From contig JBOZIK010000001.1 in the NCBI GenBank assembly GCA_051453625.1, positions 38,284,889 to 38,324,978 on the forward strand: a stretch of 40,090 bases of DNA, in the 5' to 3' direction. The notes below the pieces were generated by a model. The model did not search any database, had not been told where the DNA came from, and worked only from the letters and a program-made list of their open reading frames with translations. Origin of the DNA: Welwitschia mirabilis (Eukaryota). Below are positions 22,755 to 35,943 of the stretch, piece by piece (position 1 is the first letter of the stretch; each line of letters starts with the position of its first letter). Both the position numbers and the translations under genes were made by a program.

Positions 22755-24527
22755 TGTTGGAAAATCTAGTTTTGATGATTCTGCTTTTCAAACATTTTAT
22801 TTTGTAGATAGGTCATTATAGGAACATCAAATCTTGATAAGACACTTGACCATGATGGATCTTCAAAGATAACATCTTACAAAAAGGATTGTCAGATAAA
22901 CTACAAAAATAAAATTTTGAAGATGCCTAATAAAGTGAATATGTCTTAAGTAAAGAGGTCCAAAAAAGTGAAGACATCTCAAAAGTAATAAGTTGAAATA
23001 GGTAATAAAGTCAACTTTATTTTTGACTAGTAACTTACATTTCAAGTGAGCTATGAACTTATACATTACAAAATCATAATTNNNNNNNNNNNNNNNNNNN
23101 NNNNNNNNNNNNNNNNNNNNNNNNNNNNNNNNNNNNNNNNNNNNNNNNNNNNNNNNNNNNNNNNNNNNNNNNNNNNNNNNNNNNNNNNNNNNNNNNNNNN
23201 NNNNNNNNNNNNNNNNNNNNNNNNNNNNNNNNNNNNNNNNNNNNNNNNNNNNNNNNNNNNNNNNNNNNNNNNNNNNNNNNNNNNNNNNNNNNNNNNNNNN
23301 NNNNNNNNNNNNNNNNNNNNNNNNNNNNNNNNNNNNNNNNNNNNNNNNNNNNNNNNNNNNNNNNNNNNNNNNNNNNNNNNNNNNNNNNNNNNNNNNNNNN
23401 NNNNNNNNNNNNNNNNNNNNNNNNNNNNNNNNNNNNNNNNNCAATTTTATTTTTGACTAGTAACTTACCTTTCAAGTGAGCTATGAACTTATACATTACA
23501 AAATCATAATTACAGAGATCTAAGGATACTATAGTGCAAAATTCATTATAATCTAAGCAAGTTGACCCAAAACATATATAAAAGTAAAGACATCTATAAA
23601 ATTCAAGACATCTTAAACCAAATTTCATACTGATTAAAAGCAAAGTTATGCACTTAAAGCATAAATGTTAGCTATCTATTACATAGTAGTTATAGAATTA
23701 AATGATTACCTTTCAAACTTAAATGACTACATCTCCCTCAATGTTACCCTTAATGTCATGAATTAAAAATAAACTTTTGAAACTTCATTGAATCAATCAA
23801 ATATAAGAATATTTAAAATCACAAGTTAAGGAAACATCTCACAAAGTAATTAAAGGATTCATTAGTAAGTATCTAGTATTGTTTTCATCTCTTAGACTTA
23901 GATCTTTATTACTTCATTTTTCATTCATACTTATGATAACAACAACAAATTCAAAGAGCTTACATCTTTATCAAAGCAATATATTTAAGCTTATTGTTAT
24001 GCTATATTTTTGTTTTCATATTATGTGCTATCTTATTATTGAATACTATGATAAAGTCTAATTTCTTAAACATCTAATACTTTGTAAGGAACTCTTATAG
24101 AGGTGTGTAATTTTTATTATGCTTTTAGGTGCATGTTATATGTAAGGTTATTAGTTAGCTACAAAACCATTATTCCCTTATGAAAAATAAGGTTCTACCT
24201 TGAAAGGAGACTCTAATTGGTGTAAAGGTTTGTGGTGTGCTTATGAAAAACACTATTTTTTTAAGGGAAAGATAGTGCTACCTTATAAAGAGACTCTCAT
24301 TTATTATAAGATTGGTGGTAGGCCAAAAAACTACTATTTCCTATAGATCAATAATATTTATAAATATGAGTAGAAGATATCCTTTGTGTGTAAACATACC
24401 TAGGTTTGAAAACCATATTATTTGGTAAGATGTTTTAATTGTACATTTTCATAAGTTGTATTATTAGTTTTAATTTCAATTTGGTGGAATTCATTCACTC
24501 CTCTCATCTAAGTTAAATCGATCCTCA
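22755..24527 (+). repeat. 3' LTR of copia element D
   Basis: TGTTGG...CCTCA. Length matches the 5' LTR once the 360-N gap and a ~70-bp flank duplicate are removed. Confidence 0.9.
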
Positions 24528-24532
24528 TTAAG

Positions 24533-24800
24533 TATGTTTTATTTTAATGAACATTCATCTTATCTAATGGCTTTGAACTTACCTTTGTCTTCTACTCAAG
24601 ATGATATCTTGTAGGACTTCTTAAGAAAGTATAAGCAAGTTAAAGAATGGATTCATGAAAAATTTGAATGTATAAATTTTACTCATTATATTAAAGTTAT
24701 TTTTAATTTTATAAACTCATTTATAAAAATATATCTCCTTACTTATGAACCATTACCCAACCTTCTCTTTCATGCTCTTAAGTCATTACCCATGTATCAC
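24533..24800 (-). pseudogene. Possible decayed PMD-like ORF, N-terminal portion (continues at 16362 once element D is removed)
   Basis: Minus-strand SKIYTFKFFHESIL*LAYTFL-(frameshift)-EVLQDI resembles the PMD motif THTFHF...LxxTLEEV. Confidence 0.3.
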
Positions 24801-25103
24801 CTTGGAAAAGCTCATTGAAAGAAGTTTTTAGTTTTATTACATGATTCTAGATTAGATTTCTCTTTTAGATTAAATATAGGATGGGTAGGTCTATTTACAA
24901 TGAAATTAATGTTATCTAATAATTAATTTCTTATGTAACTACCTAAACACTACTATTTATATAATTATCATATTTAACAACTTTACCTAGATAATCCCAA
25001 ATTTCACCCATATCACACAATAAGACATCCCTGTCTTAAATTTTATCATTTGTTTCTTCTAATATGAAATTATTTCATAAGTATTACACATCATGAGACT
25101 TAC

Positions 25104-26338
25104 TATTGTAGCGTGAATTTTATGCAATTTTTAAGTCCTTAAGTAATTCCTATCAATTACAAAGACTTGCATAAGACACACACTAGTATAGATGGGAGTT
25201 AACTTGAATGCCTTTAATTCATTAAAGGCACTAGGCTAGAAGTTATAGAATCAATTTTGATAAAGTATTTTTAGTATTTTTACTTTAAGTAAATGAAGTA
25301 ATAAGCAAAAATACAATGCAAGATGAATACAAATGTACTACTTATAGATGAAATGCAAATGAAAAAATAAATCTATTTGACTATCAATCTTTCTGTTACC
25401 AAGATTAGTCTTTAGATCAATTAAGGAATCTTTTATTAATACTAACCAACATAATCTATAATGTATATCAAATAGAATATAGAAAAATACAACAAATAAG
25501 TGATGGAAATGTAATATGGAATGAAATGCAAGATCTAAACTAACAATATCAATGTTAACAAAGTTTGCCCTTATAATCTAAATTAACTATGAAATTGTTA
25601 TAGAATTGTAACCAACATAACCCATAAGAGAAACATACATAATAAAAGAAATGAATATTTTATTAATATTAAATCAACATCCTCATACAAAGTAGCAATA
25701 CCTCAATGGAGGATTCATAGCATAACACCAAAGAAGACTTCTCTATATAGCATAGGATAGATCTCTTGCCCTTTAATCTTTCATCACAAAACTTTTTGGT
25801 ACAAAAGATGAACTTGGAGTGAGGTAAAGGGAGTAGTTATAGTTTTACATTAAAAGTATTAGAACTAAAACCCTAGAATTTAGAGATAAAACCCTCTTAT
25901 CCCACATGGGATGCATGATCCCATTACAAAGATAAGTCTTTTTGTTTATGTAAAATAGTTGTCATACTAACTATTGTCTAGATAATACTAGGGTTGGTAC
26001 CTTGCAAAAGAGATAATGCCTTTAGCTTACAGTCCTACTTCATTCTTAGTTCATGTCATCATAATAATTTTAACTATTGTGAGAATAACAGAGGGGATAA
26101 CAAGATTCTTGATCTATCTAGCTAAGATGAATAAGCCTTTTGAATCATTAGTCTTCTCCTCAACATGCCAAGTATCAGAGTCTTCTTAAAATACCTCCAA
26201 ATGTGCCAAGAAATGCATGTTTTTATGATTATCCTATAAAATCTCCATAATCATCAAAACATCATCTAAACCTATCTAAATATCCTATAAAAGTACTCAA
26301 CATACCTCATCAAATATATGTAATTTGGCATTGTAACA
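25104..26338 (-). repeat. 3' LTR of element E (1235 bp)
   Basis: On the minus strand it starts TGTTACAATGCCAAATT (compare TGTTGCACTACCAAATT at 8066) and ends GCATAAAATTCACGCTACAATA. Confidence 0.8.
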
Positions 26339-28247
26339 TAGCCCCTCACTTAGCCATGTTAGTTCTTAATAAAGTAAGTGATCAGCTACAAATTACAAGC
26401 CAAATTAACTACGATAAATAGTAATAAGAAAACATAAATTAAGTTTAGAAATATTTACCATGCAGGATCAAATATCAAAAACTGATGAACTAATGTATTA
26501 CCTCTACAAGATGTGCAATAGTGATGATGTCCTAACTATCATCCAAATGACTATGGGGGTAATAGGCCCAAAAATTAGAATGAAAGTTAAGTGCATGTGA
26601 GCATGATCATCAGAAAAATCCAATTATTAAAATCTTCATTAGCCCATTATTTAAAACATTTAACACATTACAAGATAAAAATTAAATGTCATACACAAAA
26701 ATCATTATAAGATATGACCATGATAACTTAGAAAATGGTGATGTATCTGCGTAATTAGAAATAGTAATAACTCAAACATGATGTGTATAAACTAAGTAGT
26801 GAGTTTTAAGTATAATCTATAAGGGGTAAATACATCAAAAGTAATCATAATATTACTTTCCTTATCCATGATTTCATAAATCTTTTGGACTACACCTACA
26901 AGAAGATCTTGTAACTATTTTATTATGGCTTGCTAAACAATACCATAATGCATATCACACAAATAATATGCAATTATAGCTACANNNNNNNNNNNNNNNN
27001 NNNNNNNNNNNNNNNNNNNNNNNNNNNNNNNNNNNNNNNNNNNNNNNNNNNNNNNNNNNNNNNNNNNNNNNNNNNNNNNNNNNNNNNNNNNNNNNNNNNN
27101 NNCTCCCTTCATAGGTGAATCAATACATCTTATATTATAATAATTAAAAAAGGAGTTATTGTCATCCATGTCATCTTCCAGACAACAAATGTGGGATGAT
27201 GATAAAAAAATAAGGATGTGGGAAATGAAGTATAAGTAGAGTTAGATAATCAATGATAGTAATAGTAAGACCTTAGAATATCATCATGAAGTATGAAAAA
27301 TGGGTAGAAGCTAAGAATTGTCATTGAAATGATCATGATAAAAAAGTTAAAAGTGGAAAGAAATCAAAACAAGAAAAAAATGATAGGGCCATGATAATGT
27401 ACTAGATAGGAAGAAGTAATAAAAAAGAAAATCCTTAAATGTTCCTGAGATCAGAAGCATTTAAGATTTGTAAGTAGATGTGTGTAAACTCAAAAAGATG
27501 ATAAAGGAACATAGGCAAAGTTCTAAAAATAAAATCACCTCATAGAGAAAACTACAAATAAAAATAACAAGATAGGAAAACTACTAAATGATTTAGTCCT
27601 AAATTTTATGATTAAAAAGTATGAAAACGATTTTGAAATTCCAAGTAAAATAACTAAAGAAAACAAAATGAAAAATGAACAATTAGGAACATGAATAATA
27701 ATTTTTACATATCCTAAATTCTAATATAACAAATTCTCTTGGTAAAAATCATAAAATTACATGATTAATAATGCATGACATAATGTAAAAACTTCAAAAA
27801 GTACCACTTGAATGGGTAATGATTAGATGATGCCAAGTATACTTAATGTTTTTAATTAATGAATAATAAGATTTAAAGCTACTTAAAAATATAGTCACCT
27901 ATTCACACCTTAAATATAATCTAGAATCTAAAAAAGTGAAATCATCATTTGGGAGTACTATTTGCATAATGAGTGTAGGAAATAAGCAATGATTTTGATA
28001 GTACTAGAGATATTAATAATACTATAACCTATAAGTGATAATTATTATTATTATAGATAAGGGGAGTTCAACCCCTGTTAGAAAAGTAAAAACCCACAAA
28101 TCATGATCAACTAATCCCCTAATAAAGTTTTCATACCTACCAATATTGCCAAAGGTCCCTCTTAGGAATTTTTATCTTAGTGTGGTGTGACATCATGGTG
28201 ATCATGTTTTTAGCTCAAATATGAAAGATCATGATCATTATTTATTT

Positions 28248-28401
28248 CCTCTTTCTATCTCCATCCCTCCCTCCCTCTCTCCCTCTCTCTCTCTCTCACA
28301 CATGCACACACACACACACATACACACACACAAATACACACACACACACACATACACTCACTCTCAGTTAGTCACTCACACACACACATACATACACACA
28401 C
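28248..28401. repeat. Compound imperfect (CT)n-(CA)n microsatellite
   Basis: CT-rich run at ~28248-28297 followed by interrupted CA repeats to ~28401. Confidence 0.95.
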
Positions 28402-29593
28402 TTATCTAGAAGAAAAGTAATAAATCCTACATCATCAAGCACTCTTAAGAATAAAAGTAAAGTAATGAGATGGAAAACAAGAAAGGACATGTTTAAACAA
28501 TTAAAGACTCACATCATTGAGAGAGAGAGAGAATACAAGAATGAAGGTATCTTCCTTTAAAATCAAGTTCATAGACATATGAATGTCTTAAAATTAGATG
28601 AATCCAATATTATAACTTTAAAATGATCAAGTAAAAGATTAATANNNNNNNNNNNNNNNNNNNNNNNNNNNNNNNNNNNNNNNNNNNNNNNNNNNNNNNN
28701 NNNNNNNNNNNNNNNNNNNNNNNNNNNNNNNNNNNNNNNNNNNNTGGAAAACAAGGGAGGACATGTTTAAACAATTAAAGACTCACATCATTGAGAGAGA
28801 GAATACAAGAATGAAGGTATCTTCCTTTAAAATCAAGTTCATAGATATATGAATGTCTTAAAATTAAATGAATCCAATATTATAACTTTAAAATGATCAA
28901 GTAAAAAATTACTAATCATGATAACTTTATAAAGCATTACATTAGTTAAGTTAAAGATGTTCAAGTGATAACATGATGTCCATCCAAGGAATTAGCCAAG
29001 GAAGAATTGAAATAATGGTAGTATAACTTCCAAGACAAGTTCTTATATTATGTTCAAGGTTTGATTGATAGATATCTCATATATTTTTAACCTTCTACCA
29101 ATTAACTTCTGAATTTTCCAAGTGTTCAGATTGGAGATTTCAACTGAGCTAGTAGAATGTATTTTTCCTAAAAGATAACAGTCTAACCATTGAGAGGTGA
29201 ACTTGTTATGTAAAAGATGCACTCGAGTATTGTACTTTTTTAAGAAAAATAAGAACCAAACCAAATAGAAACCAATTAATAAGATATACAAGTATACAAT
29301 AATTTTAGAGTAATATCAATTAGAGGAAAAAAGAGTAAAAGGATAAAACCTTAATAGCCCAAATTTCAAAATCTAAATAAGAGATGAAGAAGTGATAAAT
29401 TTCATTACCAAATAACATCTCACTAAATTATTATAAATTATGAATATTATTATATAATTTATTCAAGGAAATACTTAAAGAATAAAGCCAAAAAGTTTTA
29501 AAAGCTTTTAAGAATGTTTATTGTGGTTAAGAAAATCCTTAAGATTTAATTCTAAGCATGAATTATTATTAAGAAGATAAGTTTTAATCCAAT

Positions 29594-31102
29594 TTAAAAT
29601 TTCAAGATATCCCAAGTCATATTATTAAAAAGAGTAATCATTAGAGGTACAAGGTAAAGTGGACTTGGTAGAAGAGGGAAGGATGTTACTTTGAGTATCA
29701 CATAGAGTTTTAAGAGGTAGAGATTAAGAGATATTAGAAATAGACTCTTTAAAATTATGGGTNNNNNNNNNNNNNNNNNNNNNNNNNNNNNNNNNNNNNN
29801 NNNNNNNNNNNNNNNNNNNNNNNNNNNNNNNNNNNNNNNNNNNNNNNNNNNNNNNNNNNNNNATATTAGAAATAGAATCTTTAAAATTATGGTTTTATTA
29901 AAGTCAAGGAAATATATATGGCTTTGAGAATTGCATGAAGTTTCAAATGAAAGATATGGAAAAAGATTACCATCATCAAGATCACAAGGTAATGTGGGCA
30001 TAAAAGTAGAAGGAAGAATGTGATTTGGAATTGTGCATAGAAGTACAAGTGAAAGGGATGAAAAAGCATGGGTAGGATTTTTAGGTTGGCTTTTTACATT
30101 GGAATGAATAAGTCTATCTCTATTAAGTTTGATTGAATCTATATGCATCCTTCATTATGTTTTTTTCCTTCATTAGTATCTTTATCATTACTTTTTTGAC
30201 TTGTTTCTTCATTTTCTTCATTGTCTTTAACTATATCTTTCTTTTTTATTGAGTACTATTTCCATTCTGTAGATTATTAAATGTATCATAAAGATAAATG
30301 ATCTTATCTTCATCATAGATTAAAAAAATTTTAGATTATTCATGAATTGATTCCTTTATTTCATCTTGATCTTCTAGTAGTAAATGAATTTTAAGGATAT
30401 AATCTAATACCTCAATATTATCATCTAATGAAGAATCATCCTTGTTCTCATTATTGAAAAATTGAGTTTAGTAATCATTGTCTCCCTTTTTTCCATCTTC
30501 TAATGAATGGAATGTTAAAGTTTGATCCAAAATCTCATTTTCCATTCTAAAGCAAGAATCATTGCCACTTATTCCTAAGTTTGATTCATTCTTCTTAAGG
30601 TAGAAAGTATTAGAATAGCTTTGATGATGTTATATTATAAAAGAATCTTAATTTTATAACATCATTTATTGAAGAATCATAGTTATAGTTTATAGGTTCT
30701 TGTTTTGTGTTTCTAAATTTTCTTACATATTTTTAATATTGTCTATTATTTCTTTTACTAAGTCATTTTATTTCTCACAGTAATTTATGAAAGATGAATC
30801 TTCTTCATAGTAATTCATTGGAGATGCTTAGGATTGATTAAAACAATTATAGGATGTTTTTCTAAATGAGATGGAATTTCTAAAATGTTGAAAAGCTTTT
30901 TTGTTATTTTTACATAAAGCATGAAAAGAAGAGAAGGGGAACTAAGAAGATTGAAATGAGGAATGGGTCCAATTCCTAGTCTCAACATCATTTGATATTG
31001 GTCATCCTCTTTCTGCAAAAAATTCTCAAATTATTCTTTTATTATTTTCCTTAGAAATTTTCAAGTTTTGCCTCTTTCTAAAAGAATTTCTCAAAGGGTC
31101 CT
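29594..31102 (-). pseudogene. Decayed ORF of unknown family in element E (acidic low-complexity middle, hydrophobic end)
   Basis: Minus strand gives long E/D/N/K-rich peptide fragments broken by stops. No gag or pol motif recognised. Confidence 0.4.
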
Positions 31103-32347
31103 TATTACACTACTAAATTATATTTATTTAATAGGGTATTTTGAGTAGTTTATAGGACATTAAATAGATTTATGTCAAATTTCAATGATCATGAAGGGCT
31201 AAGATAAATGACACAAAAACATGTAATCTTTATTATATTTTATAAATTTAAAGCAATTTATAGTATTTCCTATTTAAAGAAAATATCCTAAAGATAAAAA
31301 GGATAATGTAATACATGAAAAACTCTACAAAAGCCTATTGTTCATCTCATCATCTAGATGACTATACAGATAAAAAAAAAATACTTAAGTTAAGGAGGAT
31401 GTTGACTAAATCAATCTGATAGCTGATGTGGAATTCTTATAAGATTTCATCATCTCCTTTAACATCTAGATGATCAATAGAATAACACTTGAGAGAAATG
31501 CTTCACCAAACTTCACCAAACTCTAGTAATTTGTCTTACACTTTCTTATGTAGTTGTTATGGTTGTTCATGCACCTATTAATCTTTTTTAATTTTAGATT
31601 CTATTCTATAATAGATACTTCCTCTATCCTTGACTCCATTTTTATTTTCATTTGCACTAGAAATTCTTATAATATAAGATCAAAGGGCCAAATAACCATC
31701 CATTATTAGTACAGAGGGACATCTTCCTTAGGGTTGGACTATGTATCCTTCATTAAGGTGCTATTGCTTTGTAACATGAAGGTTAATTCATTTTTAATCA
31801 AAATTTTATTTTTTGTTTTATATCTTTTATTTTGTACATGTCCCTTATGGTTTATGTTTTTTTTTATTCCATGATATCTTCTCTAGTGATATATCATAAG
31901 GAAAACATTTCTTAAAATTGACATTATTAGCTTTCCTAAATTAACTTTAAATTATTTTTATATTCTGTTTAATGTACCTGATAGTTTAGATTGGTTTTGA
32001 TCTGGTAATAGATTTTTTTGATTGATCTAGATTATATATGATCGATCTCTATGGAAGGTTGATTTGGTAATTAGATGGAAGTTTCATTTAGTTTAGATTC
32101 ATATTCCATTTGCATAATGTATTTATAATGTTATTTTTGCATTGTTCTTTTATTTTACTTTAAGGATACATAGTGCTTTATTTTTTAAATCAATTCTCTT
32201 TCTTTTCACCTATATCTTTAATGAGAATACAACATTTATATTACTTCCATATATATTAATGTATTGTATTATATAAAATTTGTATATATTTATAATTCAC
32301 AGGATATGTTTAAGTACATAACGTTTACACAAATACATAACGCAACA
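31103..32347 (+). repeat. 5' LTR of element F (1245 bp)
   Basis: Starts TATTACACTACTAAATT (decayed TGTTGCACTACCAAATT) and ends AAATACATAACGCAACA. Same size as the LTR of element E. Confidence 0.78.
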
Positions 32348-32350
32348 TCT

Positions 32351-32368
32351 TCGCACCCTTATCAAGGA
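32351..32368 (+). promoter_or_regulatory. Highly degenerate tRNA-Asp-type PBS
   Basis: TCGCACCCTTATCAAGGA, 3 nt after the LTR end and followed by AGGCTA as in element B. Confidence 0.6.
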
Positions 32369-32889
32369 AGGCTACTTAGAGTTTGAGGATCATCATTGCT
32401 TAGATGAATGATTTGAACTCTAGTTTAGGTATTTACCTATAATTGCATTGTATTTTTTATAGTAGAAACATAGGTTTTTATTATCATAGTTTTCCTTTTG
32501 CATTTCAAAATAAATGATGTATCATCTTCTTAGTCATCTAGATGATGTGTGCTGATGATGGCCTATGTACCTTAGGTTTTTTACTTTTCTTAAGAAATAG
32601 AGTTTTCTTATCATCCCTTATATTATCTAAATGAATAAGTAGATAATCACTTATTTTTATTTTGTATTATTTTGTGATTTTGGTTTTCTACATTTTTCAT
32701 TTTTTTGTTTTTGTACTTATTGTTATCTAAGTATATCATCTAGACAATTAGAGAGACAACATGTACAAAATAAAGTTGAGCATGCCAGGACATGATAAGT
32801 TCTAGTAAAAAGGAAAAATATTAGAGAAATTATCTATTTATTAAATAAAATATCCAAGAAAGTTTGATCAACTACAAACGTAATCTAGG

Positions 32890-35800
32890 TATGCACACCC
32901 CAAGTATACAAAATATTTTAAAAATTTAGTAAGAAAATATTTCTGCATTTATTATTTTAGAATCTGATATTTTAAAGGAAAATTTTTCAAAAGATAGTCT
33001 AGAAGAAAGTTGTTTTATTATAATGTCAAATTCATCACAATGATAAAAACAAGTTTCTTCATTTAGTCCCCCTATTGCTGTTGAAACCTCTACAACTATC
33101 ATAGTAAATCCTAATGCTAATGTTACTCTTGAAGAACTTATAGTAAATAAAAAACATGAAATCCAAATCCCTTTTAACCTATCTCCTAGTGATGATGTTG
33201 AGTTAATAAATCTAAATGCCTATCCTATTTTTAAGGAGAAAACAACGAAGATCCCTTAGAACATATAACCGATATTAAATAATTAATACTTATTTTTAGA
33301 AATGGTAAAAAATGAATTAGTGATCATATCTATATAGTTATTTTTTCCATTATTTTAAAATAAAAATCTAAACTATGGTTATGAAATATTTCACATAAAA
33401 GTTTAAAAATATGGAATCAAATCCAAGATGCATTTATAAAAGGATTTATGAGTGAAACAATCATCATATAAAGAAAGAAAGAATTAACTAATTTTTAACA
33501 ATAACCTAATAAAGATTATGCCTCCACTTATGAGAGATTTTTTCATTACCAAACATACTAGCCTTATAGATTCTTTTACTCAAAAAGAATTAGTAGATTA
33601 CTTTTATAGTGAACTTAATAGCTAAATAAATTAACTTATAAATTATTGATGTGGACATTAGAAAATGAATGAAAAGTGTTAGAATAATTAGTAGAAGTTA
33701 GTTAGACATGGCCTAAACCATTCCCTAAATAAAATCATATAGTAGGACAAATTATAAAAGATCTTAAAGAAGTTAAAGAAGAAAAGAAGGAAGTAAACAT
33801 AGAGAAAAAACTAATGAATGTTATTATTGATTTCACTACAACACTAGAAAAATACACACAAATGGTCTTAGATGCTACTGTGGCAACTAAAAAAGTGTAG
33901 TTATGGTTCCAACTTGTGATTTCTATGAAGATAACTATCATGTTATAAAAAATTATCCTATACTATCAACCTATAACAAAAAGGTTTATGAAGAGGTATG
34001 TGCATTTAATTAGAGGTCTTCAAAATTTAGAAACCAAAACCAAAATCAAAATCAAAATCAATTTCAACTTAGAATGAATGGGTAATTAAACTTTCAATAT
34101 TTTGAAAAAAATTGAGAAATTTCAAGCAAATCATTCGTGTTTTTAACCATTTAGAAATAGATTCAAGAATTCCAACTTTTAAATAAACAACTTAAACTTT
34201 TACCCAAGTAACTCAAATTATCAAGCAAGCATATTAGAGTCAAAACACCAAAATGATCTACTTAGAAATTCCATTAATGAATTAAAAAAATCTCAAGAGT
34301 AGAGTAATTCAAACATTGTAAAACCTACTAATATTCTATAATAAACTATGCTTGCTAATTAGAAACCATAAGGGTCACTTGCAACACAACCTTTACCAAA
34401 CCCTAATGAAGTAAAAAAGGATTGTAAGATTATGATAAGTAGTTAAAATGATACAACACCTCCTACCCAAGAGGCTTCAATATCCTAAAGTAATAAAAAT
34501 AATGATGAAGAAAAAAATATTGAAATCTTATAAAATCATACTTTCCCTTCTCCTTTAAATAATAACAAGAAAAATTATTCTCAAGATAAATGAAAGAAAC
34601 CTACTATCTCTTGGCTTGATATATTTAAGATAAATTCTAAATTTGATAAACATCTTCAAGCCTTAATGTAAAATGTAAGCATAAATTTACCATTTTAAAA
34701 AATTTTGCAAGATAATACTAAAAATTCTAAGTTGTGAAAAGATCTAATTAGGAGGGAAAAAAATGAACTATATGTAGTAAAGTCTTTCTATCCCAAACTA
34801 TAACCAACATAGTCTTATAAAAATCTTCAAAGTTTAAGGACCCAGGGACAGCAATACTTAATGCCGCATTAGAAGGAAATAAAAGAATAAAGAAAGCCTT
34901 AATTAATGTGAGAGTAAGTGTTAAAATTATGCTTATAAATGATTTAGTTTGGAAAATAGAATTGAGCCTACAATAACTATTTTAGAATCAGTGGATACAT
35001 CAAGGAAGAAAACTTTGAAAGTAATCAAATATTTATGATTCAAATAAAAGAAGCATTATATCCAATAGATGTGGTTGTTACTGAAGTTGAGCATAATGAA
35101 TGTTATCCATTACTTCTAGATAGAGTTTTTTATGCAATAGTATATTACATTATCGATATTAGAAATACCATGATAGAATGTTACTTAAGAAATAAGAAGT
35201 TCACTATTAAAGTATTTGATGTTAATTAAAAGGATTTAAAAAATGAGTTAAATATTGAAGGAGAAATTAAGCTTAGTAAACATCATCCACTTAGAGAAAT
35301 ATGGTTAATGTTTTATGAGCCAATTTTATTTGATGATCCACTTGAAGTACAAAACTTAAAAGCTTTTGATAATGATTAACTTAAGTATGAGCATTTAGAA
35401 ATTAACTAATTTAATGAATAGAATATAAAAAATAAAACTATAAACTATGCAAAAATTAAAAATCTGAACAAAATTAAGATGTCTTATTTTAAGTGAGGTC
35501 GTCCACTACTGCCATCTAGATGATAGTATCAGATAACAGTTAATTTTGATAAAAATTTAATAAAAAATAAAATCTAAATTTAAATCTAAAACCTTTACAT
35601 AGTGGATTAAAATATATATTTTTATGTTATGATAAAAACAAACCTCTAATAATAAACAAGAATATTTTCCCTCAATAAAAGTCAATTTTACTCTCACTTT
35701 TAAAATCTAAGGTTAATGTATTTGCTTGCTTTTACCTCTATTTTTTAACATAAAATCTACCTTGAGGATAATACAAATCCTATTAGGAAACTCTAAATAA

Positions 35801-35943
35801 ACTAAAACTATTCCTTAAATAAGCCATAAAATATAAAATCATTAAATTAATGAACATTAGTATTGTTTATGCCATAGCTAATATTGAGTGGATTAACCCT
35901 TTGACAGTAGTACCTAAGAAACATGGAAAGTGAAGAATGTGTA
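32890..35943 (+). pseudogene. Decayed gag-protease-RT(N-terminus) of element F
   Basis: GENNEDPLEHITDIK, DYFYSEL, KFKDPGTA...KKALINVRVSVKIM, YPIDVVV...YPLLLDRVF (PLLLGRPF-like) and the RT start at ~35748-35943. Confidence 0.85.

Larger units (their letters stand above)
16363..24527 (+). mobile_element. Full-length, pol-less Sirevirus(SIRE)-like Ty1/copia LTR retrotransposon (element D), decayed
   Basis: Paired LTRs, 5-bp TSD TTAGG (16358-16362) / TTAAG (24528-24532), PBS TGGTATCAGAG, copia gag motifs, env-like extra ORF, PPT AAAAAGGGGA plus an upstream PPT-like tract, and U5 motif ATTCACTCCTCT. Confidence 0.88.
25104..31102 (-). mobile_element. Athila-like element E (3' LTR, PPT, 3' UTR, decayed unknown ORF), 5'-truncated at the start of element F
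   Basis: LTR 25104-26338 and PPT 26339-26355. Its 3' UTR blocks are homologous to element B (28140-28215 rc vs 6970-7050; 28785-28900 rc vs 6735-6845). Confidence 0.78.
31103..35943 (+). mobile_element. Athila-like element F: 5' LTR, PBS, gag, protease, start of RT; 3'-truncated
   Basis: LTR 31103-32347, PBS remnant, gag and PR colinear with element B, and RT start HKIYLED...EWINPLTVVPKKHGK*RMC. Confidence 0.85.

Noticed and set aside
28221..28409. 62-aa His/Thr repeat ORF
   Set aside because: It is the translation of the CT/CA microsatellite.
484..29892. Gap-flanking direct repeats as real tandem duplications or small LTR elements
   Set aside because: They always straddle N runs, mostly of exactly 100 N, which is typical of unmerged overlapping contigs.
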